64,000 nucleotides of DNA from an uncultured Actinomycetes bacterium. GTDB taxonomy: Bacteria > Actinomycetota > Thermoleophilia > Gaiellales > Gaiellaceae. Shown here piece by piece: positions 19,056 through 28,114 of the stretch. The stretch lies in assembly GCA_963789655.1 (NCBI GenBank), contig CAWBLH010000007.1:170536-234535 (forward strand), read 5' to 3'. The notes under the pieces are model-generated. The model did no database searches. It was not told the DNA's origin and worked only from the letters and a program-made list of their open reading frames with translations. Position 1 is the first letter of the stretch. Each line of letters begins with the position of its first letter. The position numbers were made by a program, and so were the translations under genes.

Positions 19056-19193
19056 TCGCGACACTCTAAACGCGCCTCTTGTGAAGCCGTGATGGCTGGC
19101 GCCGCTGCGGAGACCCGCACCTCGTCGCGTTCGCACGTCAGGTTCGATGGAGCAGGGACTCCGCGACGGCGTTCGATGCGGAGTACGTATCAG

Positions 19194-19266
19194 TGGAGCT
19201 AGGCGGACTCGAACCGCCGACCTCCTGGGTGCGATCCAGGCGCTCTCCCAACTGAGCTATAGCCCC
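19194..19266 (-). tRNA. tRNA-Ala (anticodon CGC)
   Basis: The reverse strand reads GGGGCTATAGCTCAGTTGGGAGAGCGCCTGGATCGCACCCAGGAGGTCGGCGGTTCGAGTCCGCCTAGCTCCA. It has the G3:U70 pair and an AT-CGC-AC anticodon loop. Confidence 0.93.
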
Positions 19267-19300
19267 GGGAGGGCCGATTGTAGCGAGGGCTCTACGGCGC

Positions 19301-19658
19301 CTACGGCCTGAGAGGGCTGCCCAGGTCGGGAGGGCGCGGGTCGGGCAGCGTCTCGGCAGGCTCGCAGACGGTCGCGTCCTCGTCCGTTGGGATGACACGT
19401 GGTTTGTCCTGCGCGTGCGGGATGGCGGTGCCGCCGATCAGGATTCCGAGGACGACCAGCCAGAGGGCTGCGGTCATCCGAGCCCAGACGGGGTAGGGGC
19501 GCGTTGCCGGTCGCCGGCTGCTCGACGACAGGGGGTTCGACGGTCGCGCGAGGCGGTCTCCGGGGCGCCGGCGCGGGATCGGGGAGGACTGCCCGTGCGC
19601 GCGCGCCGAGCTCGGGGTCGACGAGGGCAAGCTCGGGGCTGAGCGGCTCGGCCGGCAT
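19301..19658 (-). pseudogene. single-pass membrane protein with an N-terminal LSPELxLVDPxLG motif (paralogue of 2340-3033); frameshift near 19470-19500
   Basis: [30 protein letters not shown]... lies in one frame. [40 protein letters not shown]...LRP-stop lies in another. Confidence 0.5.
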
Positions 19659-19839
19659 GGCGTACGAATTCTCGCCCGCTCCGCCGCTTCCCTCGCGTCC
19701 CCCGTCAAGAATCGGTGCCGAACACTCCACAACCTCGCAGAGCCATGCGGGTTTGCGGGCGCCTGTCACCTTGGGACACCTGGTGTCGAGCGCTCCTGCC
19801 GAGTACCACCAGCTCCGACACCAACTCAAGGGAGGATGT

Positions 19840-20856
19840 GTGCGCGTACGCACGATTGCAGTCGCGCTGATCGCTCTCGGCGTGCTCGGAGGGACCGCGG
19901 CACTCGCCACGGGCTCGGCGGCCACGTCCGAGGCATCGACGATCACCGCCTGCCAGAAGAAATACCTGCGCGTCGTCAAGGACGCCTCGAAGTGCCACCG
20001 CGGCGAGCGCGTTGTGACATGGAGCGCGGAGGGAACAGCTGGACCTGCCGGGCCGGCAGGACCAGCAGGTCCGCCAGGGCCGAAGGGAGACGCCGGAGCG
20101 GCGGGCGCAAGAGGGCCGGCCGGACCAGCAGGACCAGCGGGCTCTACAGGTCCCGCAGGCCCCGCCGGGCCGGCTGGACCTGCTGGACCTGCGGGCCCGA
20201 CTGGACCGCAGGGACCGCCACTCGCCTCGCTGAACGCCCTCGTGGGCTCGGCGTGTCAGCGGCAGGATGGTTCCGCCGGCACGGTCGCGATCTCCACCGG
20301 AGCGGGTGACGTCATCGAGCTGCAGTGCGGAGGCGGATCTCCTCCTCCGCCTCCGCCGCCTCCGTCGGGCGGGCTCGTCATCAACGAGATCGACTACGAC
20401 CAGGTCGGCGCCGACACGGGTGGCTTCGTCGAGATCGCGAACACCACCGGCGCGGCGATCACGCTCGACGGCATCGCGGTCGTTCTCGTGAACGGTGGTG
20501 ACGGCACCGAGTACAGCCGGGTCGCCCTCACGGGCTCGCTGGCGGCCGGAGGCTATCTCGCACTCGATGTCGAGGCGCAGAACGGCGCTCCGGACGGTGT
20601 CGCCCTGATCGGCACCGCGTCCGGCACGCTGCTCGACGCGCTCTCGTACGAAGGCGAGATCCGCGCTGCGACGATCGACGGGCAGTCGTACGACCTGGTC
20701 GAGGGCACCGCGCTCGCGGACACGGTCGCCGACTCGAACACGGTTGAAGGCTCGCTGTCGCGGATCCCGAACGGCAGCGACTCGAACAACGCGGCCGTCG
20801 ACTGGGCCTTCACGACGACGGTCACGAAGGGAGCCGCGAACGTCGCGACCTCCTGA
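19840..20856 (+). CDS. secreted protein with a collagen-like triple-helix repeat, a poly-Pro linker and a lamin-tail (LTD) domain
   Basis: AAGGGAGGA precedes GTG 19840. The signal is [27 protein letters not shown]. There are 21 uninterrupted GXY triplets, then [15 protein letters not shown], then [23 protein letters not shown]...ITLDG...LSRIPNG, which is typical of LTD. Confidence 0.8.
   Translation: MRVRTIAVALIALGVLGGTAALATGSAATSEASTITACQKKYLRVVKDASKCHRGERVVTWSAEGTAGPAGPAGPAGPPGPKGDAGAAGARGPAGPAGPAGSTGPAGPAGPAGPAGPAGPTGPQGPPLASLNALVGSACQRQDGSAGTVAISTGAGDVIELQCGGGSPPPPPPPPSGGLVINEIDYDQVGADTGGFVEIANTTGAAITLDGIAVVLVNGGDGTEYSRVALTGSLAAGGYLALDVEAQNGAPDGVALIGTASGTLLDALSYEGEIRAATIDGQSYDLVEGTALADTVADSNTVEGSLSRIPNGSDSNNAAVDWAFTTTVTKGAANVATS
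20032..20220 (+). repeat. collagen-like GXY repeat coding region (21 triplets, mostly GPA)
   Basis: [63 protein letters not shown]. Confidence 0.9.
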
Positions 20857-20900
20857 CGACTACGCGTTTCCCGCGCCAGGCTCGAGGGCGGTCGTGCGAC

Positions 20901-20924
20901 CGGAATTCGCGTGAGCGGATTCCG
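20901..20924 (+). terminator. hairpin of repeat family C with a GNRA loop (CGGAATTCGC GTGA GCGGATTCCG)
   Basis: It lies 45 nt after the stop of the collagen/LTD gene. It is ~85 % identical over ~40 nt to 56166-56208. No T-tract follows. Confidence 0.55.
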
Positions 20925-20934
20925 GTCTGCGCGA

Positions 20935-21960
20935 TCAATCAGCTCGCTTGCGCCGGGCACGCGAGCGCTCCTGCCGCACGAGGTTCTCGTCGAGTGCCGT
21001 GAGCTCGCTCTGGAGCTCGCGATAGCTCTCCCAGCGGTCGGGCGAAAGCCGTCCGTCCTCGAGAGCGGCGCGAACGGCGCAGTCCGGCTCGCTCTCGTGC
21101 CGGCAATCCGAGAATCGGCACTGCGCGGCGAGCTCGGTGATGTCCTCGAACGCCTCCTCGAGGCCCTCGTCTGCGACCCAGAGGTGCAGCTCACGCATTC
21201 CCGGGTTGTCCACGATGAGGCCGCCGTCCGGCAGGACGATGAGCTCTCTCCGCGTCGTCGTGTGCCTGCCCGACCCGTCTGCGCCGACGTCACCTGTGGC
21301 CAACCGATCCTCGCCGGCGAGCGTGTTGACGAGCGTCGACTTCCCGACGCCGGAGGGGCCGAGCAGGGCGGTGGTGATTCCCGGGGTCAGATACGAGCGA
21401 ACGTGGTCGAGCCCGACCCCGGTACGAATCGAGACTGCGTGCACGGGAACACCCATTCCTGCGACCTCTGCCGCCGTGGCGTCGGCATCCGGCACGAGAT
21501 CGGCCTTCGTCAGCAGCAGCACCGGCCGTGCGCCGCTCTCCCAGGCAAGGGTGAGATACCGCTCGAGGACACGCTCGTTGACGTCGGTCAGCGCAGCGAC
21601 GATGAAGACGACGTCGACGTTCGCGGCAACGACCTGTTCGCGTGCGATTTCGGACGCCGGGTCGTGGGCTGCACGACGTGAGAACTGCGTCCGGCGGGGG
21701 AGGACGGCTCGGATCGTCGGAACGGGCTCTCCGGGCTCGAGCGCCACCCAATCACCGACGACCGGTAGCTCTGCCGCAGACTCGACCCTGCGCCTCGCTC
21801 GTCCGGGCAGGCGCGCGCGAGTCTCGCCCTCGCTCGTCAGGACGTCGTAGGCCCCACGGTGCGGGACGGCGATGCGGCCGGGGTCGAGCCCTGCCGCGCG
21901 ATGTGGCGCGAATGCATCGGCCCAAGCCTCGTCCCAGCCGACCGTCTCGAGAGCGGTCAC
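20935..21960 (-). CDS. rsgA: ribosome small-subunit-dependent GTPase A
   Basis: Circularly permuted GTPase with TKADL, GPSGVGKSTLVN and the zinc knuckle CRFSDCRHESEPDCAV. Confidence 0.9.
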   Translation of the reverse strand: MTALETVGWDEAWADAFAPHRAAGLDPGRIAVPHRGAYDVLTSEGETRARLPGRARRRVESAAELPVVGDWVALEPGEPVPTIRAVLPRRTQFSRRAAHDPASEIAREQVVAANVDVVFIVAALTDVNERVLERYLTLAWESGARPVLLLTKADLVPDADATAAEVAGMGVPVHAVSIRTGVGLDHVRSYLTPGITTALLGPSGVGKSTLVNTLAGEDRLATGDVGADGSGRHTTTRRELIVLPDGGLIVDNPGMRELHLWVADEGLEEAFEDITELAAQCRFSDCRHESEPDCAVRAALEDGRLSPDRWESYRELQSELTALDENLVRQERSRARRKRAD

Positions 21961-21987
21961 CTCGTCATTGTCCCGGACGAAACGGCG

Positions 21988-22878
21988 TCAGACCGCCAAC
22001 GTGCTCCGAAGAGCCTCTCCGACCTCCGGGTGCGAGAACGAGAAGCCCGCGTCGAGCAAACGCGCGGGCAGTCCACGCTGGCTCTCGAGCAAGACGGTCT
22101 CGCCCATGTCGCCGAATAGAGCCTTCACCGCAACGGCAGGCACGGGGAACACGGTGGGGCGGTGCATAGCGTCGCCGAGCGCCTTGACGAACTGCGTGTT
22201 GGTGACGGGGCTCGGCGACATCAGGTTCACGACCCCGACAAGCTCCCGCTCGAGGACGAAGGCGTATGCGGCGACGAGGTCGTCCAGCGCAACCCAGCTC
22301 CACCACTGCTTGCCGCTTCCGACGCGACCGCCGACGCCGAGCTTGAACGGTGTGAGCATCCGCTCGAGCGCGCCGCCTTCTCGGGAGAGCACGATCCCTT
22401 GGCGGAAGTTCACGACGCGGATACCCGCAGCTCGGGCCGGTTCTGCCGCCGCCTCCAAGGCTGTGCCGACGTCGGCGAGGAACCCGGAGCCGAGCGCCGA
22501 GTCCTCGGTCAGGATCTCGTCGCCGCGATCGCCGTAGATCCCGACGCCGCCGGCGCAGACGAGCACCGCGGGCTGCGGGTCGAGCGTGGCTGCCGTTCGT
22601 GCGAGCAGGTCGGTGCTCGTGACCCGCGACTCGAGGATCTCGCGCTTGCGCTCCTCGTTCCAGCGGCGCCCGATGGTTGCGCCGCTCAGGTTCACGATTC
22701 CCTCTACGCCTGCGAGTCGGTCGTGATCGATCGCTCCGGTCGCCGGATCCCAGCTGAGCTCGCTCGCGTCTCGCACCTCTCGTCGAACGAGCCGCACGAC
22801 CTCGTGACCGCCTGCCTCGAGCCCCGGAACGAGCGCGGATCCGATCAGCCCCGATGCTCCGCTGACGGCGATCCTCAC
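21988..22878 (-). CDS. TIGR01777/YfcH-type NAD-dependent epimerase family protein (DUF1731 C-terminus)
   Basis: MRIAVSGASGLIGSAL Rossmann motif and a C-terminal LLESQRGLPARLLDAGFSFSHP. Confidence 0.8.
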   Translation of the reverse strand: MRIAVSGASGLIGSALVPGLEAGGHEVVRLVRREVRDASELSWDPATGAIDHDRLAGVEGIVNLSGATIGRRWNEERKREILESRVTSTDLLARTAATLDPQPAVLVCAGGVGIYGDRGDEILTEDSALGSGFLADVGTALEAAAEPARAAGIRVVNFRQGIVLSREGGALERMLTPFKLGVGGRVGSGKQWWSWVALDDLVAAYAFVLERELVGVVNLMSPSPVTNTQFVKALGDAMHRPTVFPVPAVAVKALFGDMGETVLLESQRGLPARLLDAGFSFSHPEVGEALRSTLAV

Positions 22879-22917
22879 AGGGAGAGTGTGACGAAAGGGC
22901 GCTGCTAGGTTCGAATC

Positions 22918-23580
22918 GTGCCGTCGGACGACCGATCCCCGCGGCTTCGTGACGGAGCTCGCGCGGCGCTTCCGCTCGTCCTCGGGCCGCTGCTGTTCGG
23001 CCTCTCGTTCGGCGTCCTCGCCGAGGCTGCCGGGATGACCGCTCCTGCTGCCGTCGTCATGTCCGCGACGACCTTCGCGGGCTCTGCCCAGTTCGCTGCC
23101 GCCTCGGTGCTGGAGGATGGCGGCACCGTCTTCGCCGCGATCGTGTCGGCTGTCTTGCTCAACTTGCGCTACGCCGGGCAGAGCATCGCGACAGCGGCGA
23201 TCTTTCCGGGGAGCAGGCTGCGACGATTCTTCGAATCACAGTTGATCGTCGACGAGTCGTGGGCGCTCTCGGGAAGATCCGGCCGATTCGAGTGGCCGAT
23301 CCTCGTCGGCGCCGGGCTCCTCCTCTACGTGTTCTGGGTGTCGAGCACGGCGATCGGGACCTTCGTCGGCGGTGCTCTCGGCGATCCGAACGACCTCGGG
23401 CTCGATGCGGCGTTCGCCGCGCTCTTCCTGGCGCTCGCAATGCCCTACCTCCGTGAACGCAAGGCGATCCAGGCTGCGCTGGTCGCCGCCGTCATCACTC
23501 TTGTGCTGCTCCCTGTCGCTCCTGCGGGAGTGCCGCTCGTCGTCGCGTCGGCTGCGTGTCTGCTCGGATTGCGGCGATGA
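22918..23580 (+). CDS. azlC: AzlC family branched-chain amino-acid exporter subunit
   Basis: 220-aa polytopic protein with SATTFAGSAQF and LLNLRY motifs, followed by azlD. Confidence 0.8.
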   Translation: MPSDDRSPRLRDGARAALPLVLGPLLFGLSFGVLAEAAGMTAPAAVVMSATTFAGSAQFAAASVLEDGGTVFAAIVSAVLLNLRYAGQSIATAAIFPGSRLRRFFESQLIVDESWALSGRSGRFEWPILVGAGLLLYVFWVSSTAIGTFVGGALGDPNDLGLDAAFAALFLALAMPYLRERKAIQAALVAAVITLVLLPVAPAGVPLVVASAACLLGLRR

Positions 23581-23885
23581 GCGACGCCTGGATCGTCGTC
23601 ATCGTGGTCGCGGCGTTCACGATGGTATTCAAGGCGGCGGGTCCGGTGTTCGTCGGCAAGCGCGAGCTCCCCGCGAGCGTGCAGTCCGTCGTCGATCTCG
23701 TGGCACCGGTGATGCTCGTCGCGCTCGTCGTCACCCAGACCCTGGGCGGCGACGAGGAGATCGTCGTGGACGCGCGCGTCGCAGGCGTCGCCGCGGCCGC
23801 CATCGCGATCTGGCGCGGAGCGCCGATAGTGGCGGCGATGTTCATCGCCGCGCTCGTGACGGGCCTTCTGCGCCTCGCTATCTAG
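23577..23885 (+). CDS. azlD: AzlD family branched-chain amino-acid transport protein
   Basis: ATGA overlap with azlC. About 100 aa with 3-4 TM helices. Confidence 0.7.
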   Translation: MSDAWIVVIVVAAFTMVFKAAGPVFVGKRELPASVQSVVDLVAPVMLVALVVTQTLGGDEEIVVDARVAGVAAAAIAIWRGAPIVAAMFIAALVTGLLRLAI

Positions 23886-23892
23886 AAGCTAT

Positions 23893-24003
23893 CTAGAACT
23901 CGTGCTTCTGCGTTCGGCGCCAGAAGACGGCCGCCGCTCCGATCGCCTCGGCCACGAGGCTGAGGACACCGATCGCGACGAGCCACGTTCGAAAGTGCCG
24001 CAT
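23893..24003 (-). CDS. possible 36-aa membrane peptide
   Basis: MRHFRTWLVAIGVLSLVAEAIGAAAVFWRRTQKHEF has a single TM helix and high GC3. Support is weak. Confidence 0.25.
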   Translation of the reverse strand: MRHFRTWLVAIGVLSLVAEAIGAAAVFWRRTQKHEF

Positions 24004-24173
24004 GCGCTCCAAGATCGGCCGAGATCGCCGAGATCTTGAGTGAAACGGCCCAGGAATCACATCGAGTCGATTCCCGAAACCCGCCGGAAACAAACGCTTT
24101 TCGCGACCGCTCTTAACAGAGCCTGTCCCTGTAAAGGCGACGAATTCGAGACGATCGCTCCACAGGGTCGTCG

Positions 24174-24866
24174 TCAGGCGGGTGGACGGAGGACCGCGAA
24201 GGGGTCGGTGACCTCGAGACGGCTCGTCCGGAAGCGGAACACCTCGGCCGGGCGCCCGCCCGCGGGCCCGTGAGCCCGGCGCTCACCGGTGGTCTCGATC
24301 GCGCCGCGGCGGAGGAGCACGCGCTTCAGGTTGGTGGCGGAGATGTCGTAGCCGAGAGCGGCTGCATAGATGTCTCGAAGCTCGGCGAGCGTGAACGTCT
24401 CGGGCGCGAGCGCGAAGCCGACGTTCGAGTACGAGAGCTTGCCGCGAAGTCGCTCGCGGCCGGCCAACACGATCGCACCATGGTCGAACGCAGTCGGAGG
24501 AAGGGCGTCGACAGTGTGCCAACGCGTGTCCGTGGGCACGCGCGGGTCGATCCCGAGGGGGACGAGACCGAGATACGCAGTTGCGAGCTCCCAGTCGCTC
24601 GGATGACGCCGCGGATCGCTCCACGTGCCGAGCTGCTCGAGGTGGGCGACCTCCCGCACGTCCACCTTGGCGGCCAGGTGGCGCAGGATCGACTCCTCGA
24701 GCGTCTCGTCCGCTCCGAGCGACCCGCCGGGAAGCGACCACTCACCCCGGAACGGATCGCGCGCCCGCTCCCAGAGAAGAACCTGGAGCTCGTCGTCCCG
24801 CACCTGGAACACCGCAGCGAGCGCTGAGTGGGCAGGGAGTGTCGATTGGCTGGTAGACTCGGCCAT
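24174..24866 (-). CDS. nrtR: NrtR-type regulator (Nudix domain plus C-terminal winged helix) of NAD metabolism
   Basis: Nudix fold with a degenerate box (LPGGSLGADETLEESILRHLAAKV) and a C-terminal FTLAELRDIYAAALGYDISATNLKRVLL. It is divergent from nadB-nadC-nadA. Confidence 0.8.
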   Translation of the reverse strand: MAESTSQSTLPAHSALAAVFQVRDDELQVLLWERARDPFRGEWSLPGGSLGADETLEESILRHLAAKVDVREVAHLEQLGTWSDPRRHPSDWELATAYLGLVPLGIDPRVPTDTRWHTVDALPPTAFDHGAIVLAGRERLRGKLSYSNVGFALAPETFTLAELRDIYAAALGYDISATNLKRVLLRRGAIETTGERRAHGPAGGRPAEVFRFRTSRLEVTDPFAVLRPPA

Positions 24867-24896
24867 GAGGTTATTGACTCAGAGGCGAAAACTAGC

Positions 24897-26312
24897 ATGA
24901 GCCACGGAAACGGAACCCGCAGTCCCGAAGCCTTCGACCTCGTCGTCGTCGGTGCGGGAGTCGCCGGCTTGTTCGCAGCTCTCTGTGCGGCCTCCGAAGG
25001 CAGAGTCCTCGTGCTCGCCAAGGGACCTCTCCGACTTTCCACGAGCTCCCTCGCCCAGGGTGGGATCGCGGCCGCACTCGGTGCGGACGACACAACCGCG
25101 CTGCACGCGGAGGACACGCTCAGGACCGGTCGAGGGCTCTCACGCCCGAGCGCTGTCGCCGCGCTCACGGCAGAGGCGCCGGCGCGAATCCGCGATCTCG
25201 TCGAGCTCGGTGTCGAGTTCGACGACGACCTTGGGCTCGAAGGGGGTCATGGCCGGCGACGCGTGGTGCATGCCGGAGGCGCCGCGACCGGCGACCGCGT
25301 GGCGAGCGTGCTCGTCGAGCGCGTGCTCGCGCATCCGAGAATCACGGTCGCCGAGGGCGAGCGAATGCTCGGTCTCCGGCGGGTGGACGGTCGCTGCGTG
25401 GGCGTGCTGACCGATCGACGCGCGATCCACGCCCGTGCGACCTTGCTTGCGACCGGCGGAGCCGCCGCACTCTGGCGACGGACGACGAACCCGCCTGGCG
25501 CCATCGGTGACGGCATCGCTGCGGCCTACCGTGCGGGAGCCGCCGTCGCGGACCTCGAGTTCGTGCAGTTTCATCCGACGACGCTCGTCGACTCCACACT
25601 GCTTCTGTCCGAGGCGCTGCGGGGCGAAGGGGCGCTTCTCCTCGACGAGTGCGGTGAGCGGTTCACGGACGAGCTCGCCCCGCGTGACGTCGTCGCCCGC
25701 GAGATCGCGGCGCGCGGGACGGTGGTCCTCGACTTGCGTGAGATCGATCGCGGCCGCTTCCCGAGCCTGATGGGGAGCCTCGCCGAGAACGGCTACGACC
25801 CGGCGGAGACACCGATCCCGGTCGCGCCGGCGGCCCACTACACCGTTGGCGGGATCGTGACCGATCTCGACGGCCGCAGCGAGGTTCCCGGCCTCTACGC
25901 CGCTGGCGAGTGCGCCGCCACGGGCGTCCACGGCGCGAACCGGCTCGCCTCGAACTCGCTCCTCGAGTGCCTCGTCTTCGGCCGCCGAGCCGCGCTTTCC
26001 GCCCTCGCCGAGCCTGGCCTTTCTGGACATGTCGCAGTGTCTGACACCCGGCCACGTCCCGAAGGACGGGTTGGCGAGGGGCTGCGGGAGGCGCTCTGGC
26101 GGGACTGCGGGCTCATTCGGGATGCGGCCGGGCTGCACCGCTTGCAGGCCTCGACCCATCTGCTCACGCGGCTTGTCGCCGAGAGCGCGCTCCTGCGCGA
26201 AGAGAGCCGCGGCTCCCACTTCCGTTCGGACTTTCCTGTGGAGAACCCGTCACTGGAGCGTCACGTCGTGCTCCGAAACGGTCACGAGCCCGCGCTGGAG
26301 CCATGGCTGTAA
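24897..26312 (+). CDS. nadB: L-aspartate oxidase
   Basis: FDLVVVGAGVAGL FAD motif, SLAQGGIAA, HPT, GGI.TD and GANRLASNSLLE. The ATG at 24897 lies downstream of the listed TTG at 24828. Confidence 0.92.
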   Translation: MSHGNGTRSPEAFDLVVVGAGVAGLFAALCAASEGRVLVLAKGPLRLSTSSLAQGGIAAALGADDTTALHAEDTLRTGRGLSRPSAVAALTAEAPARIRDLVELGVEFDDDLGLEGGHGRRRVVHAGGAATGDRVASVLVERVLAHPRITVAEGERMLGLRRVDGRCVGVLTDRRAIHARATLLATGGAAALWRRTTNPPGAIGDGIAAAYRAGAAVADLEFVQFHPTTLVDSTLLLSEALRGEGALLLDECGERFTDELAPRDVVAREIAARGTVVLDLREIDRGRFPSLMGSLAENGYDPAETPIPVAPAAHYTVGGIVTDLDGRSEVPGLYAAGECAATGVHGANRLASNSLLECLVFGRRAALSALAEPGLSGHVAVSDTRPRPEGRVGEGLREALWRDCGLIRDAAGLHRLQASTHLLTRLVAESALLREESRGSHFRSDFPVENPSLERHVVLRNGHEPALEPWL

Positions 26313-27133
26313 CGACCACCAGCATCGAGCGGGTCATCGTGGACGCGCTCGCCGAAGACGTCGGCGAAGGCGACGTCACGACCGAGGCGACCGTGGAGGT
26401 GGACGCGACGGGGACCGCGGAGCTTCTCCTGAAGGAGCCCGGCGTCGTCTGCGGGATCGAAGCGGTCGAGGCGGTGTTTCGGGCGCTCGATCCCGAGATG
26501 CGCGTCGACGCGCTCGTCGAGGACGGCACGCTCGTCGAGCGCACGACAGTCGTCGCCGTCGTGAGCGGCTCGCTGCGGGCGATCCTCACCGGCGAGCGGA
26601 CCGCGCTCAACTTCCTCGGCAGGCTGTCGGGCGTTGCGACCCTCACGCGGCGCTACGTCGATGCCGTCACAGGCACCGGCGTCGCGATCCTCGACACGCG
26701 CAAGACCACACCAGGGCTCCGGCTGCTCGAGAAGCACGCGGTCGCGAGCGGCGGGGGCCGAAACCATCGATTCGGGCTCTACGACGGCGTGCTGGTGAAG
26801 GACAACCACCTGCTCGCGGCGGGCTCGATCGCCGCCGCGGTCGAGCGGATTCGCGCGGCGACGCCACTTCCCATCGAGGTCGAGTGCGACACGCTCGCTC
26901 AGGTGGAAGAGGCGCTCGTGGCGAACGTCGACGCAATCCTGCTCGACAACATGACCCCGGACGAGCTCGTCGCGGCAGTCGCCCTCGTACGAGGTCGCGC
27001 GCGCCTCGAGGCCTCTGGAGGCATCACCCTCGACAACGTCCGCGAGATCGCCGAGACCGGGATCGACGAGATCTCGATCGGGGCGCTCACGCATTCGGCC
27101 CGTTCACTCGACGTCTCACTGGAGCTGACATGA
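26303..27133 (+). CDS. nadC: nicotinate-nucleotide diphosphorylase (carboxylating)
   Basis: GERTALNFL, TRKTTPGLR, KHAV..GGG.NHR, and LLDNM...ASGGI. Confidence 0.92.
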   Translation: MAVTTTSIERVIVDALAEDVGEGDVTTEATVEVDATGTAELLLKEPGVVCGIEAVEAVFRALDPEMRVDALVEDGTLVERTTVVAVVSGSLRAILTGERTALNFLGRLSGVATLTRRYVDAVTGTGVAILDTRKTTPGLRLLEKHAVASGGGRNHRFGLYDGVLVKDNHLLAAGSIAAAVERIRAATPLPIEVECDTLAQVEEALVANVDAILLDNMTPDELVAAVALVRGRARLEASGGITLDNVREIAETGIDEISIGALTHSARSLDVSLELT

Positions 27134-28065
27134 CGACCGCCGAGATCACCACGATGCACGAGGAGATCCGCGAGCTCGCGCGCCAGCGCGACGCGGTCAT
27201 CCTCGCTCACAACTACCAGGTGCCCGAGGTCCAGGACGTCGCCGACTTCGTCGGGGACTCGCTCGGGCTCTCGCACGAAGCGGCCCGCACCGACGCCGAC
27301 TCGATCGTCTTCTGCGGCGTTCACTTCATGGCGGAGACCGCCGCGATCCTCTGCCCGGAGAAGACCGTTCTCATCCCCGACCTCGACGCCGGCTGCTCGT
27401 TGGCCGCCTCGATCACCGCCGATCAGCTCCGCACCTGGAAGGCGGAGAACCCGGGTGCGGTCGTCGTCTCCTACGTCAACACCACCGCCGAAGTCAAGGC
27501 CGAGAGCGACTACTGCTGCACGTCCGGGAACGCGAAGGCGATCATCGAGTCGATTCCGGAGGACACGGAGATCCTGTTCCTGCCGGACATGTACCTCGGG
27601 CTCTGGCTCGAGAAGGTGACGGGGCGCACGCTCCGGATCTGGATGGGCGAGTGCCACGTCCACGCCGGTATCCGTCCCGCCGACATCCAGCGCTGGCAGG
27701 ACGAGGCGCCCGACGCCGAGCTCCTCGTCCATCCCGAGTGCGGTTGCGCGAGCCAGTGCATGGCCTTCGGGAACGGCAAGACGCACATTCTCTCGACCGA
27801 GGGGATGATCAACTTCGCGCGCAAGTCGCCGAAGGAGCGGTTCCTCGTCGCGACCGAGACCGGGATCATCCACCGCTTGAACAAGGAAGCGCCGGAGAAG
27901 CGCTTCGAGGCCGTCTCCGAGAAGGCGATCTGCCGCTACATGAAGATGATCACGCTCGAGAAGCTCCGCGACTCGCTGCGGGACTGGAAGTACGTCGTCA
28001 CGGTCGACCCCGAGGTCGCGGCGAAGGCGCGGGGTGCGATCGACCGGATGGTCGCGATCGTCTGA
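27130..28065 (+). CDS. nadA: quinolinate synthase
   Basis: ILAHNYQ, GDSL, HFMAETA and the Cys ligands (CSLA, CTSG, ECHVH). ATGA overlap with nadC. The listed ORF 26029-28065 is real only from 27130. Confidence 0.92.
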   Translation: MTTAEITTMHEEIRELARQRDAVILAHNYQVPEVQDVADFVGDSLGLSHEAARTDADSIVFCGVHFMAETAAILCPEKTVLIPDLDAGCSLAASITADQLRTWKAENPGAVVVSYVNTTAEVKAESDYCCTSGNAKAIIESIPEDTEILFLPDMYLGLWLEKVTGRTLRIWMGECHVHAGIRPADIQRWQDEAPDAELLVHPECGCASQCMAFGNGKTHILSTEGMINFARKSPKERFLVATETGIIHRLNKEAPEKRFEAVSEKAICRYMKMITLEKLRDSLRDWKYVVTVDPEVAAKARGAIDRMVAIV

Positions 28066-28077
28066 GAGCCCAAGATC

Positions 28078-28101
28078 GGGGTCAGGCTGAAGCCTGACCC
28101 C
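28078..28101. repeat. REP-like palindrome, family A (copy A3)
   Basis: GGGGTCAGGC TGAA GCCTGACCCC. Confidence 0.85.
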
Positions 28102-28114
28102 AGCCACCGCGCGC

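Noticed and set aside
24867-24896. Calling a specific NrtR operator or a -35/-10 promoter in the nrtR-nadB gap
   Set aside because: I found only a TTGACT hexamer and short direct repeats. There is no palindrome I could match to a known NrtR box from memory.
26029-28065. 678-aa ORF overlapping nadB and nadC
   Set aside because: Only the last 311 codons (from ATG 27130) are nadA. The upstream part is an Arg/Gly-rich out-of-frame read over nadB and nadC.
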